Translations under genes and position numbers: made by a program | Assembly (NCBI GenBank): GCA_900755005.1 | Contig: CAAEEX010000097.1 | Coordinates: forward strand, 14,149-78,148 | Origin: an uncultured Collinsella sp. | GTDB lineage: Bacteria > Actinomycetota > Coriobacteriia > Coriobacteriales > Coriobacteriaceae | DNA: 64,000 bases | Direction of reading: 5' to 3' | Part shown: positions 20,236 to 30,108 of the stretch, one piece after another | Layout of the letters: each line of letters begins with the position of its first letter | Numbering within the stretch: the first letter of the stretch is position 1 | Notes under the pieces: model-generated | What the model was told of the DNA's origin: nothing | Databases searched by the model: none | What the model saw: only the letters and a program-made list of their open reading frames with translations

Positions 20236-21579
20236 CTATGACCGGTCGCCTCCAAACAGATCAGGACGAGTGGCCAGATAGGCATCAAGGGCCTCGAGCG
20301 CACGGTCCGCATAGGCCTGGTAGCGGTCGCGCTTGCTGCGGCGCTTACCATCCTCGAGTGGCGGCACCAGGCCAAAGTTGACATGCATAGGCTGATAGCC
20401 CACGGTGGCAGGATCGGTCGCATAGCCCACGAGCGCACCCAGGGCGCCCACGCGCGGCAACTCGACGCCCGCGACACCGATAGCCTCGGCATAGGTGTTG
20501 AGCGCCGCGAGCAGACCGGTCGCCACGGCTTCCATGTACCCCTCGGTGCCGGTGATCTGACCGGCCAGGCGCACGCCGGTACCGGGCACGGCAAAGGTGC
20601 CATCGAGCACGTGCGGGGCGTCGACAAAGGTATTGCGGTGCATGACACCGTAGCGGAAGAACTCAGCGTTCTCCAGGCCCGGCACCATATGGAAGACGCG
20701 CTTCTGCTCGCCAAAGGTCAGGTTTGTCTGGAAGCCCACCAGGTTATAGGCGGTCTTCTCCTTGTTCTCGGCACGCAGCTGAATCGCCGCCCAGGGGCGA
20801 CGTCCGGTACGCGGGTCGGTGAGGCCGACGGGCTTCATGGCGCCAAAGCGAATGGCGTCCTTGCCGGTGCGCGCAACTTCCTCGGCAGGCTGGCAGGCCT
20901 GGAACAGATCGCCGCCCTCAAAGTCTTTGAGCACCACGCGGTCGGCCGTGGTAAGTGCCTCGATAAAGGCCTCGTACTCCTCCTTGTTGAGCGGAGCGTT
21001 GAGATAGTCGCCGCTCCCCTGCTCCTCGTAGCGCGACTGCGAAAACAGCACGTCCATATCGAGCGTGGAGGCATCGACGATCGGCGCCGCGGCATCGAAG
21101 AACGCAAGGGCGTCGCCACCGACGAGCTTCATGACCTCTTCGCTCAGCGCCGGTGAACACAGCGGGCCCGCGGCAATGACCACGTGGCCCTCGGGAATCT
21201 GCGTGACCTCGCCGTGCACGACCTCGATATTGGGACGGGCGGCAACCTCGGCCTCGACAAGCTCGGAAAACTTGACGCGGTCGACCGCCAGGGCACCGCC
21301 AGCGGGAACAGCCGCGCGATGGGCGCAATCGAGCAGGACTGAACCCATGCGCTCAAGCTCGGCCTTCAGCAAACCAGCCGCGGAATCCGGACGGGTCGAC
21401 TTAAACGAATTGGAGCAGACGAGCTCTGCCAAGTGATCGGTATGGTGAGCCGGGGAGCTAACCTGGGGGCGCATCTCGCACAGCTTAACGGCAAAACCGC
21501 GGTCTGCCAGCTGGATCGCGCATTCCGAACCCGCCAGACCGCCACCGATAACCGTCACCTGATCAAACAGCATCTGCAA
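20236..21579 (-). CDS. trmFO: methylenetetrahydrofolate--tRNA-(uracil-5-)-methyltransferase TrmFO (Gid)
   Basis: FAD motif VIGGGLAGSECA. Full-length TrmFO similarity. Confidence 0.9.
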   Translation of the reverse strand: MQMLFDQVTVIGGGLAGSECAIQLADRGFAVKLCEMRPQVSSPAHHTDHLAELVCSNSFKSTRPDSAAGLLKAELERMGSVLLDCAHRAAVPAGGALAVDRVKFSELVEAEVAARPNIEVVHGEVTQIPEGHVVIAAGPLCSPALSEEVMKLVGGDALAFFDAAAPIVDASTLDMDVLFSQSRYEEQGSGDYLNAPLNKEEYEAFIEALTTADRVVLKDFEGGDLFQACQPAEEVARTGKDAIRFGAMKPVGLTDPRTGRRPWAAIQLRAENKEKTAYNLVGFQTNLTFGEQKRVFHMVPGLENAEFFRYGVMHRNTFVDAPHVLDGTFAVPGTGVRLAGQITGTEGYMEAVATGLLAALNTYAEAIGVAGVELPRVGALGALVGYATDPATVGYQPMHVNFGLVPPLEDGKRRSKRDRYQAYADRALEALDAYLATRPDLFGGDRS

Positions 21580-21587
21580 ACACCTTT

Positions 21588-22523
21588 CTAATTGACATGT
21601 TTTCCATTGTGACCGAAGGGTGTCTGGGCGTGAAGGGCAAACTTGGAGGGCGCATACCTTCCATCCATCATGCGATCGATAAGGCCCTCGAGTTCAAGCG
21701 AACCCAAGAGTTTGAGTACGCCGACGGCATCGAGCGAGACGAGCGCCGCGATGTCGTTGACCTTGAGCGGAGAGGCGATGAGCGCATGCATCACGGTCTG
21801 CTGTGTTGGATCCAGGTCGGCAATGCCGGGAGCATCGGGGCGCGAGTAGCGCAGGGTGCCGTAGATGCGTGAGATAGCCATCTCGATAGATTCCTCGTCG
21901 ATGATGCAGCAAGCACCGTTCGCAATGAGGTAATTCGTGCCACGCGACTCGGGCGATAGGATCGACCCCGGCACGACAAGAAGTTCGCGCCCCAAATCCA
22001 TAGCAGCCTCGGCTGTAGAAAACGTCCCGGAAGGCATACCCGCCTCGGATACAAAGAGGGCTTGCGACAGGGCCGCGATCACGCGATTGCGGCGCGGAAA
22101 GGCAAACTTGCGCGGACCCATGCCCCACGGAGAGATCGACACGACCGCGCCACCCGTATCGAGCGTGCGCATAATAAGCCCCGCGCTCGAACGCGGGTAG
22201 ACCACGTCGGCGCCCGTCCCCAGCACCACGACGTGTTTGCCGCCGGCGTTGACCGCAGCCCAACCCGAGGCCTGGTCACAACCGACCGCGCCGCCCGAAA
22301 CTACCGTCACTCCCGCCTCGACCGCCACCTTTGCCGCAAGCTCTGCCACGGCAAGACCATACGGCGAGGCCTTGCGCGCGCCGATGATGGAGAGCGCGGG
22401 CGTCGAAAGCACCTCGGGGTTGCCGCGCACATAGAGCGTCTGGGGTACATCAGAAAGCTCCAAAACGGTCTCGGGATACAACGCATCACCTGGATGCAGC
22501 TCGTAGGTCCCCTCGGCCATCAT
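21588..22523 (-). CDS. dprA: DNA processing protein DprA (Smf)
   Basis: Rossmann-like DprA core. Start at ATGATG after SD GGAAGGAGGG, overlapping the comM stop as ATGA. The ORF-track N-terminal extension (Arg-rich) is spurious. Confidence 0.85.
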   Translation of the reverse strand: MMAEGTYELHPGDALYPETVLELSDVPQTLYVRGNPEVLSTPALSIIGARKASPYGLAVAELAAKVAVEAGVTVVSGGAVGCDQASGWAAVNAGGKHVVVLGTGADVVYPRSSAGLIMRTLDTGGAVVSISPWGMGPRKFAFPRRNRVIAALSQALFVSEAGMPSGTFSTAEAAMDLGRELLVVPGSILSPESRGTNYLIANGACCIIDEESIEMAISRIYGTLRYSRPDAPGIADLDPTQQTVMHALIASPLKVNDIAALVSLDAVGVLKLLGSLELEGLIDRMMDGRYAPSKFALHAQTPFGHNGKHVN

Positions 22524-24043
22524 TGGTCCCTCCTTCCCTGGTACATCGCTGCCTCGAGCACGTGGTCCTGCGTCACCTGCTCGCTCTCGGCGACGTCGGC
22601 GATTGTACGCGCGATACGCACCAGTCGCACGATGCCGCGACCCGTGAGATGTGTGCGCTTCGACAGGCCGAGCACACACTTCTCCGCCGCATCATCGAGC
22701 TCAAAGGTCGAAACGACGCCGTCAATGGACCGTGTCTCGTCATCCTCGGCCTCGGCATCCGCATCGTCCATACGGGATTCGCGCCAGGCGCGAAAAGCGC
22801 GACCGCGCACAACGTAGTCACGTAACTCGGCAGACGACATACCCTCCGCACCCTCGATAATCACTTGGGGGTCGGGACGGGTCACGTCGATCATCATGTC
22901 GATACGGTCGGCCAAAGGACCGCGCAGTTTAGACCGATAGCGCTCGACCATCGCCGCTGAGCAGCGACACGGTACCTCGCGATCGCCCAAAAAACCGCAG
23001 GGGCAGGGATTGCTCGCAGCCAGCAGCTGAAAGCGCGACGGGAAGGTAAAGGCCCCGTCGACGCGCACGATCCTCACATAGCCGCGCTCGATGGGCTGAC
23101 GCAGCGTCTGCAGCACACCCGTGGGAAACTCGGCAAGCTCGTCCAAAAAGAGCACGCCGCCATGAGCAAGGCTGATCTCACCCGGATGCACCGGGCGTCC
23201 TCCGCCAATGAGGCCAGCCGTTGAAATGCTGTGATGGGGACTTCGAAACGGCCGATGACCCGCCAATAATCCATCGATGTTCTCACCCAAGACCGAATGG
23301 ATGCACAGCGCCTCCTGCTGGTCCTCAACGGAAAGCTCGGGCAGGATGCCGGTCATACGACGGGCGAGCATCGTCTTGCCCGATCCCGGGGACCCGATCA
23401 TAAGCAAACCGAGCTCACCCGCTGCCGCCAGCGCCATGCCGCGTTTGGCAACCTCCTGCCCCAGCACGTCGGCATAGTCGAGTTCAGGCTCAAAAGTAGC
23501 CTCAACACCCTCGGAATCCAGATAGTGCCGAGCCGCCTCGCCCATGCCATGGGCAAGCTGAGACAAATGATCGATAAAGCCGCAATCCACGCCCGCGAGT
23601 GGCACATGCTGGTCGGACCTGCCGGCGATAAAAGACAGCCCCATGTCGCGAGCCAGCAGCTGAAACGCCACCTCGCCCTTGACGGGAAGCACCGTACCGT
23701 CCAAGCCGAGCTCGCCGGCGATAAGGCAGCGATCGAGGTTGTCACGGGGAATCTGCCCATCGGCCGCCAACACCGCGATGGCGATGGGCAGATCAAAGCC
23801 GCTACCGGTCTTGCGAATATCGCCGGGCGCCAGATTGACCGTAATGCCCGAGCGCGGGATCTCGAACCCGGCGGAGCGCATCGCACAGCGAATACGACCG
23901 CGTGACTCCATCACCTCCATACTCGGAATGCCGAGCATCTGAATACCCGGAACGCCGCCGGCAAGCGAGACCTCGACCGTGACGTGAATCGCCTCGACGC
24001 CGCGGATGCAGGCCGCGTGAACGGCAAACGTCTCGAACGCCAT
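22520..24043 (-). CDS. comM: YifB/ComM family Mg-chelatase-like AAA+ ATPase
   Basis: Lon-like N-domain. Walker A GSPGSGKT. Mg-chelatase ChlI-like C-terminus. The likely start is MAFETF at 24043, overlapping the yraN stop. Confidence 0.85.
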   Translation of the reverse strand: MAFETFAVHAACIRGVEAIHVTVEVSLAGGVPGIQMLGIPSMEVMESRGRIRCAMRSAGFEIPRSGITVNLAPGDIRKTGSGFDLPIAIAVLAADGQIPRDNLDRCLIAGELGLDGTVLPVKGEVAFQLLARDMGLSFIAGRSDQHVPLAGVDCGFIDHLSQLAHGMGEAARHYLDSEGVEATFEPELDYADVLGQEVAKRGMALAAAGELGLLMIGSPGSGKTMLARRMTGILPELSVEDQQEALCIHSVLGENIDGLLAGHRPFRSPHHSISTAGLIGGGRPVHPGEISLAHGGVLFLDELAEFPTGVLQTLRQPIERGYVRIVRVDGAFTFPSRFQLLAASNPCPCGFLGDREVPCRCSAAMVERYRSKLRGPLADRIDMMIDVTRPDPQVIIEGAEGMSSAELRDYVVRGRAFRAWRESRMDDADAEAEDDETRSIDGVVSTFELDDAAEKCVLGLSKRTHLTGRGIVRLVRIARTIADVAESEQVTQDHVLEAAMYQGRRDQ

Positions 24044-24528
24044 CACGACACCTGCCAATCGAACGCGTTGTACTGATGCTCGATCTCGGCGATATGCCCG
24101 CCGCGAATGGTGACACCCACGGCATCGAAGCGAATCGCCTTGAGTGGATAATGCTCCATGAGATAGCAGCTCGCGATACGGCGGTAGCGGCGTTGCTTTT
24201 GGGCGTCCACGGCCTCCTCGGGAAAGACCCGCGTGTTGCAGTCCAGTGCAACGCGTCTGGTCTTGACCTCGGCCATCACCACGACATCGTCGAGCTCATC
24301 GAGCAGCACCAGATCGGCCTCGCCCTCGGTGCAACGATAGCCCTGCTCCAGCAAGGTGTAGCCGCGCTCGCTAAAGTAGTCGATGGTGATCAGCTCGCCC
24401 ATCATGCCCAGCTCGCGGGGGCTGAGTCCCTTGATAAACTCGGGCGTCATCGCCCCGCAGTCGAGCTCGCCGTTTTCCCAGCGCTCCTTGAGCTGCTGCG
24501 TCTTGCTCTTTTTGCTTGCGGCACTCAT
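24043..24528 (-). CDS. yraN: YraN family (UPF0102) predicted endonuclease
   Basis: GELDLVL...VEVKTRR pattern (ADLVLLDELDDVVVMAEVKTRR). The start is uncertain: Met at 24528 or 24618. Confidence 0.7.
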   Translation of the reverse strand: MSAASKKSKTQQLKERWENGELDCGAMTPEFIKGLSPRELGMMGELITIDYFSERGYTLLEQGYRCTEGEADLVLLDELDDVVVMAEVKTRRVALDCNTRVFPEEAVDAQKQRRYRRIASCYLMEHYPLKAIRFDAVGVTIRGGHIAEIEHQYNAFDWQVS

Positions 24529-24717
24529 GGGGTCTCCTTTCCCGCACACTGCATTGCCCCGATGATGAGGGCACCTTTCATGCGGGTAAGTACCGGAAGC
24601 AAACCAAAAGCTGACCAAATGCCGTCAAAAAACGGGCTGTACGCAGCAATGGTGTTGCATACGGCCCGCTACCAGCAGGTTTATAAAACCCCAGAGGTCC
24701 CTGTCTCCACAATTGAC

Positions 24718-25524
24718 CTAGAAAAGGCGCTCAGTCTGCAGAAAGTTTCCGCAAAAGCTCACGCGGTGCAGCGGACAAAGTCCATGTTTGCGAATGGCCT
24801 CGATATGCTCGGGGCTCGCATAGCCCTTCGACTCGGCCAGATGGTACTCGGGATACTCGGCGTCGTACTCGACCATCATCTCGTCACGCGTGACCTTGGC
24901 CATGATGGACGCCGCGGCGATGCAGGCAATTTTGGCATCGCCTTTCACCACGTCGCGCTCGTTGGGAACGGCGCCCAGGGGGTTGCCATCCATGAGGACG
25001 CAGTCGGGCTCAAGTCCCGTATCGGCCACGGCGCCCGCAACGGCGGTACGAATGGCACGCGCCATGCCCATCTCATCGATATCCTTCGGCGCGATATGGC
25101 AAAAACCGATCGCCGTCGCCACCTCGGCAATCTTCACAGAGAGCAACTCGCGGCGCGCGGGCGTGAGCTTTTTGGAATCGTTGATACCCCAGACGCGCGG
25201 CTCCATAGGAAGACAGACGGCGCACACCGTCAAAGGACCGGCCACCGATCCGCGACCCACCTCGTCGACACCAACGACCACCCCATCGCCGCCAAGCTCA
25301 TGCATAAGCTCGTACATGTCATTGACGCGCTCGCGCTCGGCAAGCTCTTTGGCATGGCGTTTGAGGGCGCGTTCACAAGCCTTGATCACCTGCTGGCGCG
25401 GGTCCTCGCGATAATGCTCCACGAGGGCGGGAATCTCCTCAAACGTAGCGCTCGCCAACTCGCCGGCAACCTGCGATGCCGAAACCGAGCTCGTCATATT
25501 GGCCATACCAGGCCCTCCTTGCAT
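24718..25524 (-). CDS. rnhB: ribonuclease HII with about 80-aa N-terminal extension
   Basis: VVGVDEVGRGSVAGPL catalytic DEDD motif and DSKKL. Confidence 0.85.
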   Translation of the reverse strand: MQGGPGMANMTSSVSASQVAGELASATFEEIPALVEHYREDPRQQVIKACERALKRHAKELAERERVNDMYELMHELGGDGVVVGVDEVGRGSVAGPLTVCAVCLPMEPRVWGINDSKKLTPARRELLSVKIAEVATAIGFCHIAPKDIDEMGMARAIRTAVAGAVADTGLEPDCVLMDGNPLGAVPNERDVVKGDAKIACIAAASIMAKVTRDEMMVEYDAEYPEYHLAESKGYASPEHIEAIRKHGLCPLHRVSFCGNFLQTERLF

Positions 25525-25599
25525 GCAAATCAGATAAAAAGAAGGGCCACCCGAAGGTGACCCTTGTGTCCAAACGAGTGGACAGACGCTGCGATCTTC

Positions 25600-25941
25600 T
25601 TAGCGCTTCTCGGGGATGCGAGCAGCCTTGCCCACCTTGTCGCGGAGGTAGTACAGCTTGGCGCGACGGACGCGACCATGACGAACGACCTCGAGCTTGG
25701 CGATCTTGGGGCTGTGAAGCGGGAAGGTACGCTCAACACCGACACCGAAGGACATCTTGCGGACGGTGAAGGTCTCGCGGGCACCGGCGCCGGCCATGCG
25801 GATGACGTCGCCCTGGAAGACCTGGATGCGCTCGCGGTCGCCTTCCTTAATGCGGTAGTGAACCTTGACGTTGTCGGCGACGCGAACCTGAGGAATGTCC
25901 TCGCGGATCTGCTGACGCTCGATTGCGCGGATGTAATCCAT
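25600..25941 (-). CDS. rplS: 50S ribosomal protein L19
   Basis: [48 protein letters not shown]. Confidence 0.93.
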   Translation of the reverse strand: MDYIRAIERQQIREDIPQVRVADNVKVHYRIKEGDRERIQVFQGDVIRMAGAGARETFTVRKMSFGVGVERTFPLHSPKIAKLEVVRHGRVRRAKLYYLRDKVGKAARIPEKR

Positions 25942-26040
25942 GTGCAATTCCTTACTCTTCTAGAGGTGCCGTACCACCTTGGCCGGCACGTAGTTGAACA
26001 AACGTATTCGAGTATACACGCGCGGGTTTCTGCTGCAAGA

Positions 26041-26112
26041 ACAATTTTTTACGCAGACAAAAAGACAAAACCCGCACATGATAACCGCCCGCCTCACGAA
26101 TGAGACGGGCGG
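26041..26112 (-). terminator. probable terminator downstream of ppdK
   Basis: 7-bp GC stem CCGCCCG / CGGGCGG (26085-26112) followed on the minus strand by the U-rich tract GGGUUUUGUCUUUUUGU. Confidence 0.45.
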
Positions 26113-26150
26113 CATGAAGGGGGCTACGTTAGGCGCCTAAGTCCAAAACG

Positions 26151-28901
26151 TTAAGAGGAACGCTTGGCCTCGAGCTTGGCCTGAGCGGCGGCCAGGCGCG
26201 CGAGGGGCACGCGATAGGGCGAGCAGGACACGTAGTCCACGTCGGCCACGTTAAACAGGCCCTTGATGGACTTGGGGTCGCCGCCGTGCTCGCCGCACAC
26301 GCCAAAGTGCATGTCGGGGTTGGTGGCGCGACCCTTCTCGACAGCCATGCGCACCAGCTCGAGTACTGCCGTGTCGATGGTCTCGAAGGGGTTGTCCTTC
26401 AAGATCTTCTTGTGCATGTACAGCGGGATGAACTTGGCCTCGGCATCATCGCGGGAGAAGCCGAAGGTCGTCTGGGTAAGGTCGTTGGTGCCAAAGCAGA
26501 AGAAGTCGGCATGGTGGGCGATCTCGTCAGCGACCATGCAGGCGCGCGGCAGCTCGAGCATCGTACCCACGGGAATATTGAGCTCGACGCCTTCTTCGGC
26601 GGAAACCTCGGCGATCACGCGCTCGATAACCTCGCGGGTCTGGACATGCTCGGCCGTGATGGAAACGAGCGGAACCATGATCTCGGGGCGCGGATCGACG
26701 CCCTCCTGGATAAGGCGGGCAGCAGCCGTGGCGACGGCGCGAACCTGCATGAGCGGCAGATCGCTAAAGACGACGGACAGACGTACGCCGCGTAGGCCGA
26801 GCATCGGGTTAGACTCGACCATGCCATCGATACGACGCAGGCGGGCGCGCAGAGTGGCAAGCTCTTCCTCGCTGGCGCCAGCGGCTTCCTTCTTGGTGAT
26901 GGCGACCTCGAGCTCGCGAGGATTATCCAGGAACTCATGAAGCGGCGGATCGAGCAGGCGGACAACCACATCACGACCGGACATGGTCTTGAACATCGCC
27001 AGGAAGTCCTCGGTCTGGACCTTGAGCAGGTCGGCCAGGGCCTGCTGCTTCACGGCCTCATCGTCAGACAGGATAAAGCTCTGGATGATGTTCTTACGGT
27101 CACCCAGGAACATGTGCTCGGTGCGGCATAGGCCGATGGCCTCGGCACCAAACTCGAGTGCGAGCTCGGCATCCTCGGGGTTGTCGGCGTTGACGCGCAC
27201 GTGGTTGGCGTGACCGTCGGTCTCGTCCAGACGGATTTCGTCGGCCCAGGACAGGATGGTGTCCAGGTCGCCGGTAAGCTCGGCGGAGACCAGGTCGACG
27301 GGACCGTCGACGACGATGCCCTGGGTGCCGTCGATGGAGATGACATCGCCCTCGTGCAGCACGCGGTCACTGCCCTCGATACGCACGACCTTCTCAGCAG
27401 CGTCGATATGGAAGCGCTCAACGCCGCAGACGCAGGGCGTACCCATGCCGCGGGCGATAACGGCGGCATGGCTCGTCTTGCCACCGTGGCTGGTCAGGAT
27501 GCCCTCGGCGGCAACCATACCCTTCAGGTCGTCGGGGTTGGTCTCCCAGCGAACCAGAATGACCTTGCGGCCCTCGTTGGCGCGCGCGACGGCATCGTCG
27601 CTCGAGAACACGACCTCGCCCACAGCGGCGCCGGGGCTGGCGTTAAGACCGCTGGCCAGCGCCTCGTACTTCTTGGAGGCATCGAACTGCGGGTGCAGGA
27701 GCTGGTCGAGCTGCGCGGGATCGATGCGGCTCACAGCTTCCTCGCGGGTGATCAGGCCCTCCTCGACCATCTCGATGGCGATACGCAGGGCGGCAGTGGC
27801 GGTGCGCTTTCCCACGCGAGTCTGGAGCATCCAGAGCTTACCTTGCTCGATGGTGAACTCGATGTCGCACATATCGCGATAGTGATCCTCGAGCGTCAGG
27901 AAGACGCGCTCAAGCTCCTCTCCCGCGGACTCGAGGCCTGGGGTAGCCTTGAGGTCGGCGATGGGCTCGGTGTTGCGGATGCCGGCGACAACGTCCTCGC
28001 CCTGGGCGTTGACCAGAAAGTCGCCGTAGAACTCCTTGGTGCCGTCGGCCGGGTTACGCGTAAAGGCAACACCCGTCGCAGAGGTCTCACCCTTGTTGCC
28101 AAAGGCCATGGCCTGGACGTTGACGGCGGTGCCGAGCTCGTCGGAAATGCCGTGCTGTTTGCGGTAGATGCAGGCGCGCTCGTTCATCCAGCTGCCAAAG
28201 ACGGCCTGGATGGCAAGGCGCAGCTGAAGCTCAGGATCGTGCGGGAAGACGGGCTTGCCGTCGGCGACCTCGAGCTCGGGGTACAGGGCGGCCTCGACGT
28301 TCTCGGAAAAGATGCCCTTGAAGGTCTCGACGAGCTCCTGCAGGTCCTCGGCCGAGAGCTCGGAGTCAACGCGGACACCAGCGACCAGTCGTGCCTGGGT
28401 TAGCGCGTTCTCGAACAGGTCGGCGTCGACGCCCATGACGACGTTGGAGAACATCTGGATAAAGCGACGGTAGCTATCCCAGGCAAAGCGCGGATTCTGC
28501 GTCTGCGCGATGAGACCCTGAACGGAGTCGTCGTTGAGGCCCAGGTTGAGGACCGTGTCCATCATGCCGGGCATGGAGAACGGAGCGCCCGAGCGAACCG
28601 ACACGAGCAGCGGATCGGAGGCGTCGCCGAGCTTCTTGCCGCAGCGGGCCTCGAGGTCGGCCTCGGCGGCAACGATCTCGTCGAGTGCGCCCACGGGCCA
28701 AACATTGCCGGCATCGGAGTACTCAACGCAGGTCTGGCAGGTAATGGTAAAGCCACCGGGGACCGGCAGGCCGATACGGCTCATCTCGGCAAGGTTAGCG
28801 CCCTTGCCACCAAGCACAAAGTTCATGGACTTGTCGCCCTCAGTGACACAGGTGCCCTGGGCGTCGGTTCCAAAACGGTAAACCCTCTTGCAATCGCTCA
28901 C
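26151..28901 (-). CDS. ppdK: pyruvate, phosphate dikinase
   Basis: 916 aa. N-terminus LGGKGANLAEMSRIGLPVPGGF. Phosphohistidine domain GGKTSHAAVIARGMG. C-terminal PEP-utilising TIM barrel. GTG start at 28901 after SD GGAAGGGGAAG. Confidence 0.93.
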   Translation of the reverse strand: MSDCKRVYRFGTDAQGTCVTEGDKSMNFVLGGKGANLAEMSRIGLPVPGGFTITCQTCVEYSDAGNVWPVGALDEIVAAEADLEARCGKKLGDASDPLLVSVRSGAPFSMPGMMDTVLNLGLNDDSVQGLIAQTQNPRFAWDSYRRFIQMFSNVVMGVDADLFENALTQARLVAGVRVDSELSAEDLQELVETFKGIFSENVEAALYPELEVADGKPVFPHDPELQLRLAIQAVFGSWMNERACIYRKQHGISDELGTAVNVQAMAFGNKGETSATGVAFTRNPADGTKEFYGDFLVNAQGEDVVAGIRNTEPIADLKATPGLESAGEELERVFLTLEDHYRDMCDIEFTIEQGKLWMLQTRVGKRTATAALRIAIEMVEEGLITREEAVSRIDPAQLDQLLHPQFDASKKYEALASGLNASPGAAVGEVVFSSDDAVARANEGRKVILVRWETNPDDLKGMVAAEGILTSHGGKTSHAAVIARGMGTPCVCGVERFHIDAAEKVVRIEGSDRVLHEGDVISIDGTQGIVVDGPVDLVSAELTGDLDTILSWADEIRLDETDGHANHVRVNADNPEDAELALEFGAEAIGLCRTEHMFLGDRKNIIQSFILSDDEAVKQQALADLLKVQTEDFLAMFKTMSGRDVVVRLLDPPLHEFLDNPRELEVAITKKEAAGASEEELATLRARLRRIDGMVESNPMLGLRGVRLSVVFSDLPLMQVRAVATAAARLIQEGVDPRPEIMVPLVSITAEHVQTREVIERVIAEVSAEEGVELNIPVGTMLELPRACMVADEIAHHADFFCFGTNDLTQTTFGFSRDDAEAKFIPLYMHKKILKDNPFETIDTAVLELVRMAVEKGRATNPDMHFGVCGEHGGDPKSIKGLFNVADVDYVSCSPYRVPLARLAAAQAKLEAKRSS

Positions 28902-28904
28902 GAT

Positions 28905-29090
28905 ACTTCCCCTTCCATGCGCTTACGCGCATGACCGTGTTGACGAATCGACCCGCCGAATGCGGGCCGTGAGGGAACTATACGGCGGGCATTGAGCGTG
29001 CTTGCGTAGAGGGCGCGGGGTTTGGTAAACGTGGTAAATATGGCGGTAAACGGTAGGTAAAGTTGGTTACCTTATGAAGGTACCAATGCA
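28905..29090 (-). promoter_or_regulatory. ppdK upstream region: CATGCGC-TTAC-GCGCATG palindrome abutting the SD, plus a phased GGTAAA repeat array
   Basis: Perfect 7-bp inverted repeat at 28912-28929. On the mRNA it forms a hairpin with a GUAA (GNRA) loop 5' of the SD. GGTAAA occurs at 29024, 29033, 29045 and 29056, followed by GGTTACC...GGTACC. Confidence 0.35.
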
Positions 29091-29198
29091 AGATGCTTGC
29101 AGGTCAAATGCTAGTTTATTGCTAAATCGCTTTACCAATATCGTGCATTATTTTTAGGTAGTCTTTTAGAGACGGGCATTTTTAGCTACCCCAATAAG

Positions 29199-30074
29199 CT
29201 AGCTTTGCTGGGCTCGGCGGGCGGCGCGGCGGGCACGGGCATCTTGGATTTCCTCCAAGTGGCTAATGATCTCGGCAGCGCTTTCCTCGATGGCCTTGCC
29301 ATCGGTACGCACCACAAAGCAGCCTAGGCGCTTCATGAGGGCACGGGCTTCCTCAAGCTCGCTGCGCACACTCTCGGGCTCGGCATAGGAGCCGGCAACG
29401 GCACGGGCGTAGTCATCGCCCAAGCGGCTATCGCGAATTTCGGAAATCACATCGACGGTCGAGATCAGACCAAACAACCGCATCGGGTCAACCTCGTAAA
29501 TCGACTTCGGCGGCTCCATGCCATGCGCCAGTGGGACATTGGCGACCTTGTAGCCCTGATAGGCTAAATACATCGACAGCGGCGTCTTGGATGTACGCGA
29601 CACACCCAGCAGCACGATATCGGCACCCGACAGATCGTCGCAACCGCGCCCGTCATCGTGCTCAACGAAATACTCCATGGCCTCGATACGATGGAAATAG
29701 CGGTCATCGGTCTTGTGAATCACGCCCGCAACGCACTTGGGCGGCACACCGATGAGCGACGACAGCACGGCAAGCGTCGGGCCGATCAGGTCGACCGAAC
29801 GGATATGCAGCATACCCAGGTAATCGAGCACGCGGGCGCGAAGCGCCGGATCGACAATGGTATGGAACACGGCGACATCGCGATGGTCGGCATCGACGCG
29901 CGGCCCCACAAATGACTTGACCTGCTCCACGGAGGTCACCTTGGGCAGGCGCAAAACGCGAAAAGCCCCTTCATCAAATTGCCCGGACGCCGCAAGCACC
30001 ACCTCACAAGCGGTATCGCCGAGCGAGTCGGAGATAACGATAACGGTGGGACGAGCGGTGACCGGGCAATCCAT
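29199..30074 (-). CDS. pyruvate, phosphate dikinase regulatory protein (PDRP; bifunctional kinase/pyrophosphorylase, DUF299)
   Basis: 291 aa. P-loop GVSRTSKTP. YdiA/PDRP family. Adjacent to ppdK. Confidence 0.85.
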   Translation of the reverse strand: MDCPVTARPTVIVISDSLGDTACEVVLAASGQFDEGAFRVLRLPKVTSVEQVKSFVGPRVDADHRDVAVFHTIVDPALRARVLDYLGMLHIRSVDLIGPTLAVLSSLIGVPPKCVAGVIHKTDDRYFHRIEAMEYFVEHDDGRGCDDLSGADIVLLGVSRTSKTPLSMYLAYQGYKVANVPLAHGMEPPKSIYEVDPMRLFGLISTVDVISEIRDSRLGDDYARAVAGSYAEPESVRSELEEARALMKRLGCFVVRTDGKAIEESAAEIISHLEEIQDARARRAARRAQQS

Positions 30075-30108
30075 GCGGGGCTCCTTTTGCGCCTATGCAC
30101 AGGCTGGC

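Noticed and set aside
29100-29200. AGCTA/TAGCT hairpin (TTTTTAGCTACCCCAATAAGCTAGCTTTGC) downstream of the PDRP gene as a terminator
   Set aside because: On the relevant minus strand the hairpin is followed by an A-run rather than a U-run, and the stem is only 5 bp. It is more likely part of the AT-rich ppdK promoter region.
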